In this document: positions 55,051 through 64,000 of the stretch, in pieces
How the letters are laid out: the number at the start of each line of letters is the position of its first letter
Numbering within the stretch: the stretch's first letter is position 1
Assembly: GCA_040386535.1 (NCBI GenBank)
Contig: JAZKFH010000013.1
Location: 352,928-416,927, forward strand
DNA length: 64,000 nucleotides
Direction of reading: 5' to 3'
DNA from: Myxococcota bacterium
GTDB taxonomy: Bacteria; Myxococcota_A; UBA796; SXON01
Position numbers and translations under genes: made by a program
Notes under the pieces: model-generated
Told to the model about the DNA's origin: nothing
What the model saw: only the letters and a program-made list of their open reading frames with translations
Databases searched by the model: none

Positions 55051-56679
55051 ATGGCAATGGTCTACGGCATCGACACAGGATCCTGGCGCGTGCGCGTCGC
55101 GGCGATGGAGGGCAGCTTCCGTCGCTTCGAGATCCGCGACGCGGCGCAGGTGGGCATCCCCTACGCGGAGGACGGCACGCCCTTGATGGCGGACGCCATC
55201 GGCGCGTTGCGCGATCAGGAGAAGGGCTGGGACACCGCCGAGAAGGCTGCGGCCTTCCCGCTTGACGCCGGCGTGGTGCGGCTCGTCCGCCTCCCGTTCG
55301 TGGACAAGAACGCCATCGCCCGCGCGCTCCCCTCTGAGGTCGAGGGCAGCGTGCCCTACGATCTCGAGGACATGGTGCTCGGCACCCGCCTCATCGACGC
55401 GAAGGACGGCCAGAGCCGCACCTCCGTGTTCATCGCCGCGAAGGACGAGCTCCGCTCCCGCGTCGACGCGCTCGCCGCCGCCCGCGCGGAGCCCAAGGTG
55501 CTCTGCATGGACGTCGACGCGCTCGCGTCCTACGCCGGGCGCGGGGTGCAGGTCGTGGTGGACGTGGGCCACAAGCGCACGCTCCTGGCGTTGTGCCAGA
55601 ACGGGCAGCTGCTCGGCGCGCGCTTCGTGTCCGGCGGCGGCGCCGATCTGACCCTCGCGATCGCCGAGGCGCTCGGCCTCCCGTTCGACCGCGCCGAAGA
55701 GGTCAAGCACGGCATGGCCGTCCCCCTCGCCGTGGGCGACGGCGGCGCGGACGAGGCCCAGGCCGAGTGGGAAGGGGACGACCCGACCGACGCCGGCCGC
55801 CTGCCGCCCACGGTCTCGGCGGAAGGCGTGGCGCTCTCGCGCGCGGTCGACATCTGGTGCGCGGAGGTGCGCTCCGAGCTCATCACGCTCGAGGACGAGC
55901 TGAAGCTCGGCATCGACGATCTGCTCGTGTGCGGCGGCGGCTCCCGGCTCGAAGGGCTCGGGGCGCGGCTCGCGGCCCGCACGGGCGTGCCGGTCCGGCC
56001 GGTCATCGTCCCCGGCGGGCACGGCGTCGAGTACGCGCTCGCCGTCGCGCTCGCCCGCGTGGCCGCGAGCGAGCTCAAGGTGGTCGACCTCCGCATCGGT
56101 GACCTCGCCTTCCACGGCCACGCCGAGACGTTGTGGAACGTCATGGGCGCCGCGGCCCTCGGCAGCACCCTCGCGATGGTCGCCGGGCTGACGCTGTTCG
56201 CGGTGCAGCTGTACGACGCCAACCAGCGCGTCGACGCGCTCGACGCCCAGATCGTGGACGTGGTGACCGCCACCTTCCCCGATGTCGGCGCCGACCGCCT
56301 GGCGGAGCCCTCGATGGCCCTGGCGATCATGCAGGAGCGCTCCGCGGAGACGACGCGTCGCGTCGAGGCGCTCGGCGCCACCGTGGCGGGGATCCCGCCC
56401 ACCCTGGAGATCCTCAAGTCGCTCTCCGAGAAGGTGCCGCCGCCGAGCCAGGCCCGCATCGACGTGCGCGAGCTCACGATCTCCGAGGGATCGATCAGCT
56501 TTCGCGCCGAGACCGACAGCTACGAGAGCGCCGCCAAGATCGAGGAGGCCCTCCAGAAGGACGACCGCTTCAAGAGCGCGCGCAAGGGCGACGAGAAGAA
56601 GGTGGGCGAGGCGCTCACCTTCACGATGACCATCCCGCTGGGCGAGTCCGACGCCACGGCGACCGGCGAGGAGGGCTAG
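55051..56679 (+). CDS. gspL: Type II secretion system protein L (PilM-like actin fold + TM + PilN-like)
   Basis: GIDTGSWRVRVA, VDVGHKRT, GGADLT-AIA, CGGGSRLEGL, followed by a TM helix and a periplasmic domain. Confidence 0.88.
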   Translation: MAMVYGIDTGSWRVRVAAMEGSFRRFEIRDAAQVGIPYAEDGTPLMADAIGALRDQEKGWDTAEKAAAFPLDAGVVRLVRLPFVDKNAIARALPSEVEGSVPYDLEDMVLGTRLIDAKDGQSRTSVFIAAKDELRSRVDALAAARAEPKVLCMDVDALASYAGRGVQVVVDVGHKRTLLALCQNGQLLGARFVSGGGADLTLAIAEALGLPFDRAEEVKHGMAVPLAVGDGGADEAQAEWEGDDPTDAGRLPPTVSAEGVALSRAVDIWCAEVRSELITLEDELKLGIDDLLVCGGGSRLEGLGARLAARTGVPVRPVIVPGGHGVEYALAVALARVAASELKVVDLRIGDLAFHGHAETLWNVMGAAALGSTLAMVAGLTLFAVQLYDANQRVDALDAQIVDVVTATFPDVGADRLAEPSMALAIMQERSAETTRRVEALGATVAGIPPTLEILKSLSEKVPPPSQARIDVRELTISEGSISFRAETDSYESAAKIEEALQKDDRFKSARKGDEKKVGEALTFTMTIPLGESDATATGEEG

Positions 56680-56682
56680 GCC

Positions 56683-57288
56683 ATGGCAGGGATCACGGTG
56701 GTGGAGCCGATGCGCGAGCGCTTCGCGGAGCTCGTCGCGACGATGAGCCCGCGCGACCGCACGTTGTTCGTGGGGCTCGTGGCGTTCGTGTTGATCGCGC
56801 TGTTCGGCGGCGCGTGGTGGTTCGGTCGGTCGGTCCTGGCGGACGTGGGGAGCCGCGTCGAGCAGCGTGAAGAGACGCTCGGGCTGCTCAACGGCCTCGC
56901 GGAGGACCAGGCGAGCGCGTCGACCCAGGTGGCCCAGATCGAGGCGGAGCTCCGCAAGAGCAACGGGCAGGACCTCCCCTCGTTCATCGAGAAGGCGGCC
57001 GACAACACCGGCATCGCGGCGAACCTCCAGGCGGTGCGCGAGAAGCAGATCATCACCGAGGGCTCGCTCGAGGAGAAGACCTACAGCGTCGAGATCAGCA
57101 AGATCCTGCTGCCCCAGCTGGTCGACTTCCTCCACGCGATCGAGACGGGGGACTACCCGCTCCGCGTGCGCAGCATGAAGACCAAGACGGCCACGACGGC
57201 GGGCGTCAAGACGCTGACCGTGTCGATGGAGATCAGCGCGTTCCGCCTGATCGACGGCGGGACGACCACGGACGAGGAGTCCCCATGA
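56683..57288 (+). CDS. gspM: Type II secretion system protein M
   Basis: MSPRDR + TM helix + coiled coil; LVDFLHAIE; operon position. Confidence 0.82.
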   Translation: MAGITVVEPMRERFAELVATMSPRDRTLFVGLVAFVLIALFGGAWWFGRSVLADVGSRVEQREETLGLLNGLAEDQASASTQVAQIEAELRKSNGQDLPSFIEKAADNTGIAANLQAVREKQIITEGSLEEKTYSVEISKILLPQLVDFLHAIETGDYPLRVRSMKTKTATTAGVKTLTVSMEISAFRLIDGGTTTDEESP

Positions 57289-58565
57289 TCCAGAAGCTGC
57301 TGATGGTCGTCGCCGCGTTCTTCTGGGGCGGGCTGACCTTCCTCCTCGGGCTGTACGTCACCTTTCCGGCCGACACCGCGAAGGCGCGGGTGGTCTACGA
57401 GTTCGGCGAGTGGTCGCGCGGCGAGTACGCGCTCGGCATCGGCGATCTCGCGTTGTGGCGCCTCTCCGGCGTCGATCTGGACGACGTGACCTTCTACACG
57501 GTGAAGAAGGGCCGCAAGACCAAGGACGAGCCTGCGCCGGCGCCGATCCGCCAGCCCATGCTCCACCTCGACGGCCTCGCCGTGCGCGCCGCGCCGCTCG
57601 CGATGCTCATGGGGAAGGACGCCATGGCGTTCGTCGCCGAGATCTACGGCGGCGCGCTAGGCGGCCAGTTCGCCCAGTCCGAGGCGGGCGTCGAGCTGTC
57701 CTTCAACGGCGGCGGCATCGATCTCGGGCGCCTCCCCGTCGCCACCGACCAGATGAAGCTGAACCTCGTCGGCGTCGCGTCCGGCGAGGCCGATCTGATG
57801 TTCGACGCCGCGGACGTGAAGAACTCGACCGGGTTCCTCAAGCTCTCCTTCGACGGCCTCGGCCTCGGCGCCGACAGCGCCGTCGCCGGCTTCGGGCTCC
57901 CCGAGGTGACTTTCAGCAAGGCTGGCGTGGCGTTCGAGATCAAGGACGGCAAGATGGAGGTGACCGAGGGCACCTTCGAGAGCGACACGCTCAACGCGAC
58001 GCTCACCGGCGAGGTCGTGCTCAACAAGAAGCTCGTGCGCAGCCGCAACCGCATGGAGCTCGTGTTCTCCTTGCCCGAGGATCTCGACCAGCTCGCGCAG
58101 ATCTCGCCCGATCTGAAGCGCTCGCGCGACGACGAGGGCAAGTACCACCTCACCATCGGCGGCACGATCCTCGCGCCGACGGCACGCTTCTCGCGCTCGA
58201 GCCCCGTCGGCCGCAAGGGTGGCCTCCAGGGCGACGGCCCCGAGTTCGGTGACGTCGGGCCCGGCATGGCCCCCGACTTCCAGCCCACCACCGATCCGGA
58301 GGAGCGCCGCAAGCAGCGTGAGGAGCGGATCCGCGAGCGCCGCCAACGCCTCAAGGAGCGCCGCGAGGCCGCCGGCAACATGCCGCGCGAGGACCGTGGC
58401 GGCCCGGACATGGGCGAGGGGCCCGACATGGAAGAGTTCCCGCCCGGCATGGGCGACGAGGGCCCGGGCAACGGGCCGGGCAACCAGTTCCCGCCGGACG
58501 ACGGCCCGCAGGATGGCCCCGACGGCCCCCCCATGGACGAGGGGCCCGAGTTCATCGACGAATAG
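57285..58565 (+). CDS. gspN: Type II secretion system protein N with disordered C-terminal extension
   Basis: LYVTFP after the TM, beta-rich body ending IGGTILAP; last gene of the operon; Pro/Gly/Asp-rich tail. Confidence 0.8.
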   Translation: MIQKLLMVVAAFFWGGLTFLLGLYVTFPADTAKARVVYEFGEWSRGEYALGIGDLALWRLSGVDLDDVTFYTVKKGRKTKDEPAPAPIRQPMLHLDGLAVRAAPLAMLMGKDAMAFVAEIYGGALGGQFAQSEAGVELSFNGGGIDLGRLPVATDQMKLNLVGVASGEADLMFDAADVKNSTGFLKLSFDGLGLGADSAVAGFGLPEVTFSKAGVAFEIKDGKMEVTEGTFESDTLNATLTGEVVLNKKLVRSRNRMELVFSLPEDLDQLAQISPDLKRSRDDEGKYHLTIGGTILAPTARFSRSSPVGRKGGLQGDGPEFGDVGPGMAPDFQPTTDPEERRKQREERIRERRQRLKERREAAGNMPREDRGGPDMGEGPDMEEFPPGMGDEGPGNGPGNQFPPDDGPQDGPDGPPMDEGPEFIDE

Positions 58566-58687
58566 GCGGCGCCGGCCTCCCGGGGTTGAGCCGGGGGTGC
58601 GCCCGTCGTGACGCTTGAGCTACGAAAGGCGGCCGACGATGCGCTGGGCGGCGGCCGCTGCTATGGTCGCGCATCTTCGGGGACCCC

Positions 58688-61600
58688 ATGCGCACCTCTC
58701 TGCTCGTCCTGCTCTCGCTGCTTCTCGTGGGTTGCCCGCCGACGACCGACGGCAAGCCCGACGAGACCGATGTCGACGACAGCTCCGGGGATCCGATCGT
58801 CGACGAGGACGGCGACGGCTACCTCCTCGACGAGGACTGCGACGACGACGACGCGGCCGTGAACCCCGGCGCCGCCGAGCTGTGCGACGGCGTCGACAAC
58901 GATTGCGACGACGAGACCGACGAGGACGCGACGGACGGCGGGCTCTGGTACGCGGACACCGATGGGGACGGCTACGGCGCCGCCGCGTCCAGCGTCGTGG
59001 CGTGTGACGCGCCCGCTGGGTTCGTCTCGGACGCGACCGACTGCGACGACACCTCCGCGCTCTACCGGCCGGGGGCCGAGGAGTCGGACTGCGCCGACCC
59101 CGCCGACTACAACTGCGACGGATCGAGCGGCTACTCCGACCGCGACGCCGACGGCTACGCCGCGTGCACCGAGTGCAACGACGGCGAGCCCACCATCAAC
59201 CCGGGGGCGTTCGAGGCCTGCAACGACATCGACGACGACTGCGACGGCGCGGTCGACGACGGCGCGGTGGACGAGGGCACCTTCTACCTGGACCTCGACG
59301 GCGACGGCTACGGCGACGACGGCGTGGCGGTCGAGGCCTGCGGCGCGCCGGCCGGGTACGTCGGCGTGGGCGGCGACTGTGACGACGAGGACGCGGCCTA
59401 CCATCCGAGCGCGGACGAGTCCGACTGCTCGGACCCGAACGACTACAACTGCGACGGCTCGGTCGCCTACGACGACACCGACGGAGACGGCTGGGCGGCC
59501 TGCGAGGACTGCGACGACAGCACGGCGTCCGTGAGCCCCGACGCGCCCGAGGCCTGCAACGAGCAGGACGACGATTGCGACGGCGAGGTCGACGAGGACG
59601 CGCTGGACGCGACGGCCTGGTACACCGACGCCGACCTCGACGGGCACGGCGATCCCGCCACCGGCGCGGTCACCTGCGACGCGCCCGCGGGCACGGTCGC
59701 CGTCGGCGACGACTGTGACGACACCTCGCCGCTGTTCCACCCGGGCGCCGACGAGTCGGACTGCACGGACCCGAACGACTACAACTGCGACGGCTCCGTG
59801 GCGGCGGACGATGCGGACGGCGACGGCTACGCCGCGTGTGACGACTGTGACGACACCTCGGCCGCGGTCAACCCCGCCGGCGTCGAGTCCTGCAACGGCG
59901 TGGACGACGACTGCGACGCCGTGGTCGACGAGCTCGACGCGATCGACCTCGGCACGTGGTACCGCGATGTCGACGGGGACGGCCACGGCGACGTGGGCAC
60001 CAGCGTGGCCGCGTGTGACGCACCGACCGGGTACGTCGCCGCTGCCGATGACTGCGACGACGCGTCCGCGGCCTACCACCCCGGCGCCGACGAGTCCGAC
60101 TGCAGCGACCCGTCCGACTACAACTGCGACGGCTCCGTGGCCTACTCCGACGCCGACGCCGACGGCTTCGCGGCGTGTGAGGACTGCGACGACACCGTCG
60201 CCGCCGTGAACCCCGACGCGGCCGAGGCCTGCAACGACCGCGACGACGACTGTGACGGCGCCTCGGACGAGCCCGACGCCGCCGACGCCTCCACCTGGTA
60301 CGCCGACGGCGACGGCGACACCTTCGGCGACGCGACGTCCGCCACGCGCTCCTGCGACGCGCCCACGGCCTACGTCTCCGACGCCTCCGATTGTGACGAC
60401 GAGGTCGCCACCACGTTCCCCGGCGCGGCCGAGCGCTGCGACGATGTCGACCAGGACTGCGACGGCGCGCTCGACGAGGACGCGGTCGACGCCGCGACGT
60501 ACTACGCCGACGCCGACGCGGACGGCTTCGGCGACCCCGCCGTGTCCATGGCCGCATGCGACGTGCCGAGCGGGTACGGCACCGACGCCCGCGACTGCGA
60601 CGACACGCGCGCCGGCGTGCACCCGGGCGCCACCGAGACCTGCGACGATGTCGACCAGGACTGCGACGGCGCCGTGGACGACGCCGCGATCGACGCCGCG
60701 ACGTGGTACGGCGACATGGACTCCGACGGGTTCGGCGGTTTGACGTCCACCCTCGCCGCATGCGACGCGCCGGCCGGCTACCTCGCGACCGCCACCGACT
60801 GCGACGACACCGCGGCCACGACTCACCCGGGCGCCCCCGAGACGTGTGACGGCGCCGATGACGACTGCGACGGCGCGACCGACGAGGACGCGGTGGACGA
60901 GGGCACGTGGTTCCTCGACCTCGACGGCGACGGCTACGGGAACCCCGCCGTCACGGTGACCGCGTGCGGCGCGCCCGCCGGCTACGTCGCGAACGGCACG
61001 GACTGCGCCGACGACGACGCCGACGTGTTCCCCGGCGCGGAGGAGCGCTGCGACGAGGTCGACAACGACTGCGACGCGCTGACCGACGAGGCCGACGCCA
61101 CCGGCGCGTCGAGCTGGTACGCGGACGCGGACACGGACGGCTACGGCGACGCCGCGGCGGCGGTGACCGCGTGTGACGCCCCCGCCGGCTACGGCGCGGA
61201 CGCCTCCGACTGCGACGACACCGACGCCGCCGTGTCGCCCGCGGGCATGGAAGTGTGCAACGGCTACGACGACGACTGCGACGGCCTCGTGGACGAGGAC
61301 GCGATGATGACCTCGAGCTGGTACGCCGACACCGACGGCGACGGCTATGGCGCGCTCGGCTCGCCGCGCTCGGCCTGCATGGCGCCCGCCGGGTACGTGG
61401 CCTCCTCGACCGACTGCGACGACACCCGGGCGACCGCCTACCCCGGCGCGCCCGAGCTCTGCGACAGCCTCGACAACGACTGCGACGGCACGGTGGACGA
61501 GGACGCGACTGGCACGACCTGGTACGCCGACGCGGACGAGGACGGCTTCGGCGACCCCGCGGACGCCGAGGTGTCGTGCACGGCCCCCGAGATGTTCGTG

Positions 61601-63160
61601 GCCGACGCGACCGACTGTGACGACGCCGACGCCGACGTGAACCCCGACGCCGTCGAGGTGTGCGAGAACGGCCTGGACGACGACTGCTCGGGTGAAGACG
61701 AGTGCCGTTACGACGACGTGCATGACGCGCTCGCGACGTCCTCCACGACGTGGACCGGCGTGAACGGGTCGACCTCCACCTCCTCGTTCGGCAGCAAGCT
61801 CGTCGGCAACCACGACTTCGACGGAGACGGGATCGCGGACGTGGCGGTGGGCGATCGCTTCTACGACGCGAGCAGCCTGTCGGCGGCGGCGAACCTCGGC
61901 CGGGTCACGATCTTCACCGGCACTGGCACCGGCTTCACCGACACCGTGGCCGACCCGACCCTGACCATCACCGGGTCGGACGCCGCGGGCCGCTTCGGCC
62001 AGGGCCTCGCCGCCGGCGATCTCGACGGGGACGGCATCGACGACCTCATCGTCGGCGTGCCCGGCATCAACGGCGTCGGCGGCGGCACCTCGTCGCTCAC
62101 CGACAACGGCAAGGCGTACGTCTTCCTCGGGCCCTTCGCGCGGACCGGGGCGGCCACGACCGCGCTCACGCCGACGACCTCGGGCGCGGTGGACTGCTCG
62201 GTGGAGGGCGCGGCCGCGACGACCTACCTCGGCAACAGCCTCTCCTTCGGCGGCGATCTGGACGGGGACGGGGGCGCGGACTGGGTCTACGGCGCCTACC
62301 AGAGCCACACCAGCACGGGGCGCGGCTACGTCGGCATCGTCACCACGCCGACCTGCACGGGCCTGGTGAGCTCGAACACCACGGACATCCACACGATCAC
62401 CGGCGGGACGGACGACATCTTCGGCCTCTCCGTCCTCGGCGACCTCGATCTGGACGGCGACGGCGAGGACGACCTGCTCGTGGTCGGGTCCGGCACCGAC
62501 AGCGTCTACGCGTTCCTCGGCCCCATCGACGCCACCACGCGCGCCGACGCCGACGCGACGCTCACGTCGATGGACTTCGTGCACTCCACGTCGTCTCCGG
62601 CCGACGTGTACGGCGACCGCCTCGCCTCCGCGGGCGACACCAACGGGGACGGCTACGACGAGTTCCTCGTGGGCGCGAACTCCTACGACGTCGACACGAA
62701 CCTCAGCGCCGGCGCGGCGTTCCTCTTCGCGGGGGACGCGGTCATCGTGGCCGGGACGGGCACGGGCGCCGCGCTCGCCGACGTGCTGGTGTACGGCAAC
62801 GCGAACACCGCCCAGGTCGGCGCGGGCGTGTCCCGTGCCGGCGATGTCGACGCGGACGGACGCGAGGACTTCCTCGTCGGCATCGGCGGCGAGACCGTCT
62901 CGTCCGTGAGCTACGCGGCGGCGGCCCTGTTCTACGGCGGCGCCACGGGCACCTACTACCCCTCGCTCTCGGCCACGCCGGACGGGTTCGCGTTGTTCAA
63001 CGCCGAGGCGACCAACACCAGCAACGGGTACAGCGGCGGCGGCGTGGCGGCGGCCGGCGATGTCGACGGAGACGGCTTCGACGACATCCTGTTCGCCAAC
63101 ATGAACTACGGCGCGACCCGCGTCGGCAAGGTGTACCTGGTGAGCGGAACCGGGGAGTAG
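58688..63160 (+). CDS. Large surface lipoprotein: ~16 MopE-type Cys/Asp metal-binding repeats + integrin-alpha/FG-GAP propeller
   Basis: LLLVGC lipobox; repeated DCDD...PG..E.C...D.DCDG; C-terminal (G)DxDGDG..D..VG FG-GAP repeats. Confidence 0.9.
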   Translation: MRTSLLVLLSLLLVGCPPTTDGKPDETDVDDSSGDPIVDEDGDGYLLDEDCDDDDAAVNPGAAELCDGVDNDCDDETDEDATDGGLWYADTDGDGYGAAASSVVACDAPAGFVSDATDCDDTSALYRPGAEESDCADPADYNCDGSSGYSDRDADGYAACTECNDGEPTINPGAFEACNDIDDDCDGAVDDGAVDEGTFYLDLDGDGYGDDGVAVEACGAPAGYVGVGGDCDDEDAAYHPSADESDCSDPNDYNCDGSVAYDDTDGDGWAACEDCDDSTASVSPDAPEACNEQDDDCDGEVDEDALDATAWYTDADLDGHGDPATGAVTCDAPAGTVAVGDDCDDTSPLFHPGADESDCTDPNDYNCDGSVAADDADGDGYAACDDCDDTSAAVNPAGVESCNGVDDDCDAVVDELDAIDLGTWYRDVDGDGHGDVGTSVAACDAPTGYVAAADDCDDASAAYHPGADESDCSDPSDYNCDGSVAYSDADADGFAACEDCDDTVAAVNPDAAEACNDRDDDCDGASDEPDAADASTWYADGDGDTFGDATSATRSCDAPTAYVSDASDCDDEVATTFPGAAERCDDVDQDCDGALDEDAVDAATYYADADADGFGDPAVSMAACDVPSGYGTDARDCDDTRAGVHPGATETCDDVDQDCDGAVDDAAIDAATWYGDMDSDGFGGLTSTLAACDAPAGYLATATDCDDTAATTHPGAPETCDGADDDCDGATDEDAVDEGTWFLDLDGDGYGNPAVTVTACGAPAGYVANGTDCADDDADVFPGAEERCDEVDNDCDALTDEADATGASSWYADADTDGYGDAAAAVTACDAPAGYGADASDCDDTDAAVSPAGMEVCNGYDDDCDGLVDEDAMMTSSWYADTDGDGYGALGSPRSACMAPAGYVASSTDCDDTRATAYPGAPELCDSLDNDCDGTVDEDATGTTWYADADEDGFGDPADAEVSCTAPEMFVADATDCDDADADVNPDAVEVCENGLDDDCSGEDECRYDDVHDALATSSTTWTGVNGSTSTSSFGSKLVGNHDFDGDGIADVAVGDRFYDASSLSAAANLGRVTIFTGTGTGFTDTVADPTLTITGSDAAGRFGQGLAAGDLDGDGIDDLIVGVPGINGVGGGTSSLTDNGKAYVFLGPFARTGAATTALTPTTSGAVDCSVEGAAATTYLGNSLSFGGDLDGDGGADWVYGAYQSHTSTGRGYVGIVTTPTCTGLVSSNTTDIHTITGGTDDIFGLSVLGDLDLDGDGEDDLLVVGSGTDSVYAFLGPIDATTRADADATLTSMDFVHSTSSPADVYGDRLASAGDTNGDGYDEFLVGANSYDVDTNLSAGAAFLFAGDAVIVAGTGTGAALADVLVYGNANTAQVGAGVSRAGDVDADGREDFLVGIGGETVSSVSYAAAALFYGGATGTYYPSLSATPDGFALFNAEATNTSNGYSGGGVAAAGDVDGDGFDDILFANMNYGATRVGKVYLVSGTGE
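58800..61700 (+). repeat. Coding tandem repeat array (MopE-type motifs)
   Basis: One short unit, four long+short pairs (each ~112 aa, marked by DESDC.DP.DYNCDGS), then seven ~68-aa long units. Confidence 0.85.
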
Positions 63161-63182
63161 GCGACCGCGCCGGGGGGGCGTT

Positions 63183-63204
63183 GCGGGGGGGCTTGCCCCC
63201 CTGC
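63183..63204. terminator. GC hairpin between convergent genes (terminator or REP-like)
   Basis: GCGGGGGGG-CTTG-CCCCCCTGC; no clear poly-T tail. Confidence 0.45.
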
Positions 63205-63214
63205 CCCAAGAGAC

Positions 63215-64000
63215 CTAACCGCCTCCAGCACGGCCGATCGAGCCCAGCCCCAGGGCCTCGATCCGCTGCTGGAGCGTGTTCCGCGCCACCCCGAGCAGAG
63301 CGGCGGCCGCTTTGCGGTTGCCCTGCGTGCGCGCGAGGACGAGCTGGAACAAGGCGCGCTCGGCGCTGCGGATGACGAGCGCGTGGAGCGAGTCGCCGGG
63401 GCCGGGGGAGTAGGCGCGGACGACCGGGAGGAGGCGCACGCGGGCCATCTCCTCGAAGCCCTCGGCCTCGCGCTCGGCCTCGGCCTGGGGGAGGAGGAGG
63501 GCGCGGAGCTCCTCGGGGAGGGTCGCGCCGCGGATCACGGGCTGGTCGACACGGCCGAGCGTCTGCACGACGAACATCTCCAGCTCACGATGATTTCCCG
63601 GCCAGCGGTGGGCGTGGAGCAGCGCCCACACGCCACGATCGAGGGTGCGCTTCGGCAGGCCCATGCGGCGCGTGTGCTGGTCGAGGTACCACGTGGTGAG
63701 CGCGCGCAGGTCGTCCGGGCGCTCGCGGAGGGGCGCGAGGACGAGGCGGTCCCACTTGATGGCGGGGACGGCCTCGTCCAGACGCGTCCCGCCCACCACG
63801 CGCCACCCCGCGTCCCGCGCGGCGCCGACCAGGGCGCGCAGATCGTCGTGCCGGTGCGCGGACTCGAGGTAGACCGTGCCGGGCGGGCCCTCGGGGGTCC
63901 AGGGCTCCGCGTGGGTGCGCACGACGAACGGGCCGGCGAGCCCCGAGAGCTGGTGGAGCACGCGCGCGACACGCTCCTTGCCCGTGCCGCGCTCGCCGTG
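63215..64000 (-). CDS. Degenerate sigma54-interaction (AAA+) / Fis-HTH transcriptional regulator, 5' end truncated by the window end
   Basis: Frame is open to 64000 (HGERGTGKERVARV, Walker A); PLRERPDD, WPGNHREL, GNRKAAAALLGVARNTL HTH. No GAFTGA. Confidence 0.88.
   Translation of the reverse strand, partial: HGERGTGKERVARVLHQLSGLAGPFVVRTHAEPWTPEGPPGTVYLESAHRHDDLRALVGAARDAGWRVVGGTRLDEAVPAIKWDRLVLAPLRERPDDLRALTTWYLDQHTRRMGLPKRTLDRGVWALLHAHRWPGNHRELEMFVVQTLGRVDQPVIRGATLPEELRALLLPQAEAEREAEGFEEMARVRLLPVVRAYSPGPGDSLHALVIRSAERALFQLVLARTQGNRKAAAALLGVARNTLQQRIEALGLGSIGRAGGG

Noticed and set aside
44626..58565. Type IV pilus or Tad/Kil system instead of T2SS
   Set aside because: PDZ-containing GspC, a GspD with N0-N3 domains, GspK and GspN are present, and there is no PilT or Tad gene. 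This fits T2SS.
58800..61700. Regularly spaced DNA repeats as a CRISPR array or DGR template/variable repeats
   Set aside because: They are in-frame protein repeats diverging at synonymous sites. No reverse transcriptase or cas gene is in the window.
53515..62584. Very long minus-strand ORFs (1206 aa, 1307 aa) and similar ones elsewhere (e.g. 11839..15279 -, 37091..40117 +)
   Set aside because: These are antisense shadows expected from high GC3 codon bias. They have no motifs, and the opposite strand carries clear genes.

Overview
A gene-dense, very GC-rich bacterial chromosomal segment. MYXO-CTERM-like tails, MopE-type Cys/Asp repeats and the gspC-N gene order suggest a Myxococcota/deltaproteobacterial lineage (inference). 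About 50 CDS are supportable. Housekeeping and metabolic genes include hflX, tyrS, tdk, maeB, an MPG glycosylase, an RlmI-like methyltransferase, a SUV3-like helicase and a PncB-like protein. There are many secreted or surface proteins: two S8 peptidases, a CAP protein, a sulfatase-like enzyme, EF-hand lipoproteins and a 1490-aa MopE-repeat/FG-GAP lipoprotein. Signalling genes are a PAS hybrid kinase, a class III cyclase and a degenerate sigma54-type regulator cut by the window end. A type II secretion operon gspCDEFGHIJKLMN (44.6-58.6 kb) is complete except for the prepilin peptidase. I saw no rRNA, tRNA, CRISPR array, integrase or transposase. The most notable oddities are: a PncB homologue with nearly all catalytic motifs substituted (phospho-His to Asp); a ~210-nt multi-hairpin element just downstream of it; a subtilase with Thr at the nucleophile position; a His-less orphan HypA-like protein; an Nta1-like amidase; a PUFA-isomerase-like flavoprotein; a 17-bp triplication carrying the stop codons of two convergent genes; and recurrent leaderless-type -10 boxes. 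All family calls come from motif recognition by eye; no searches were run.
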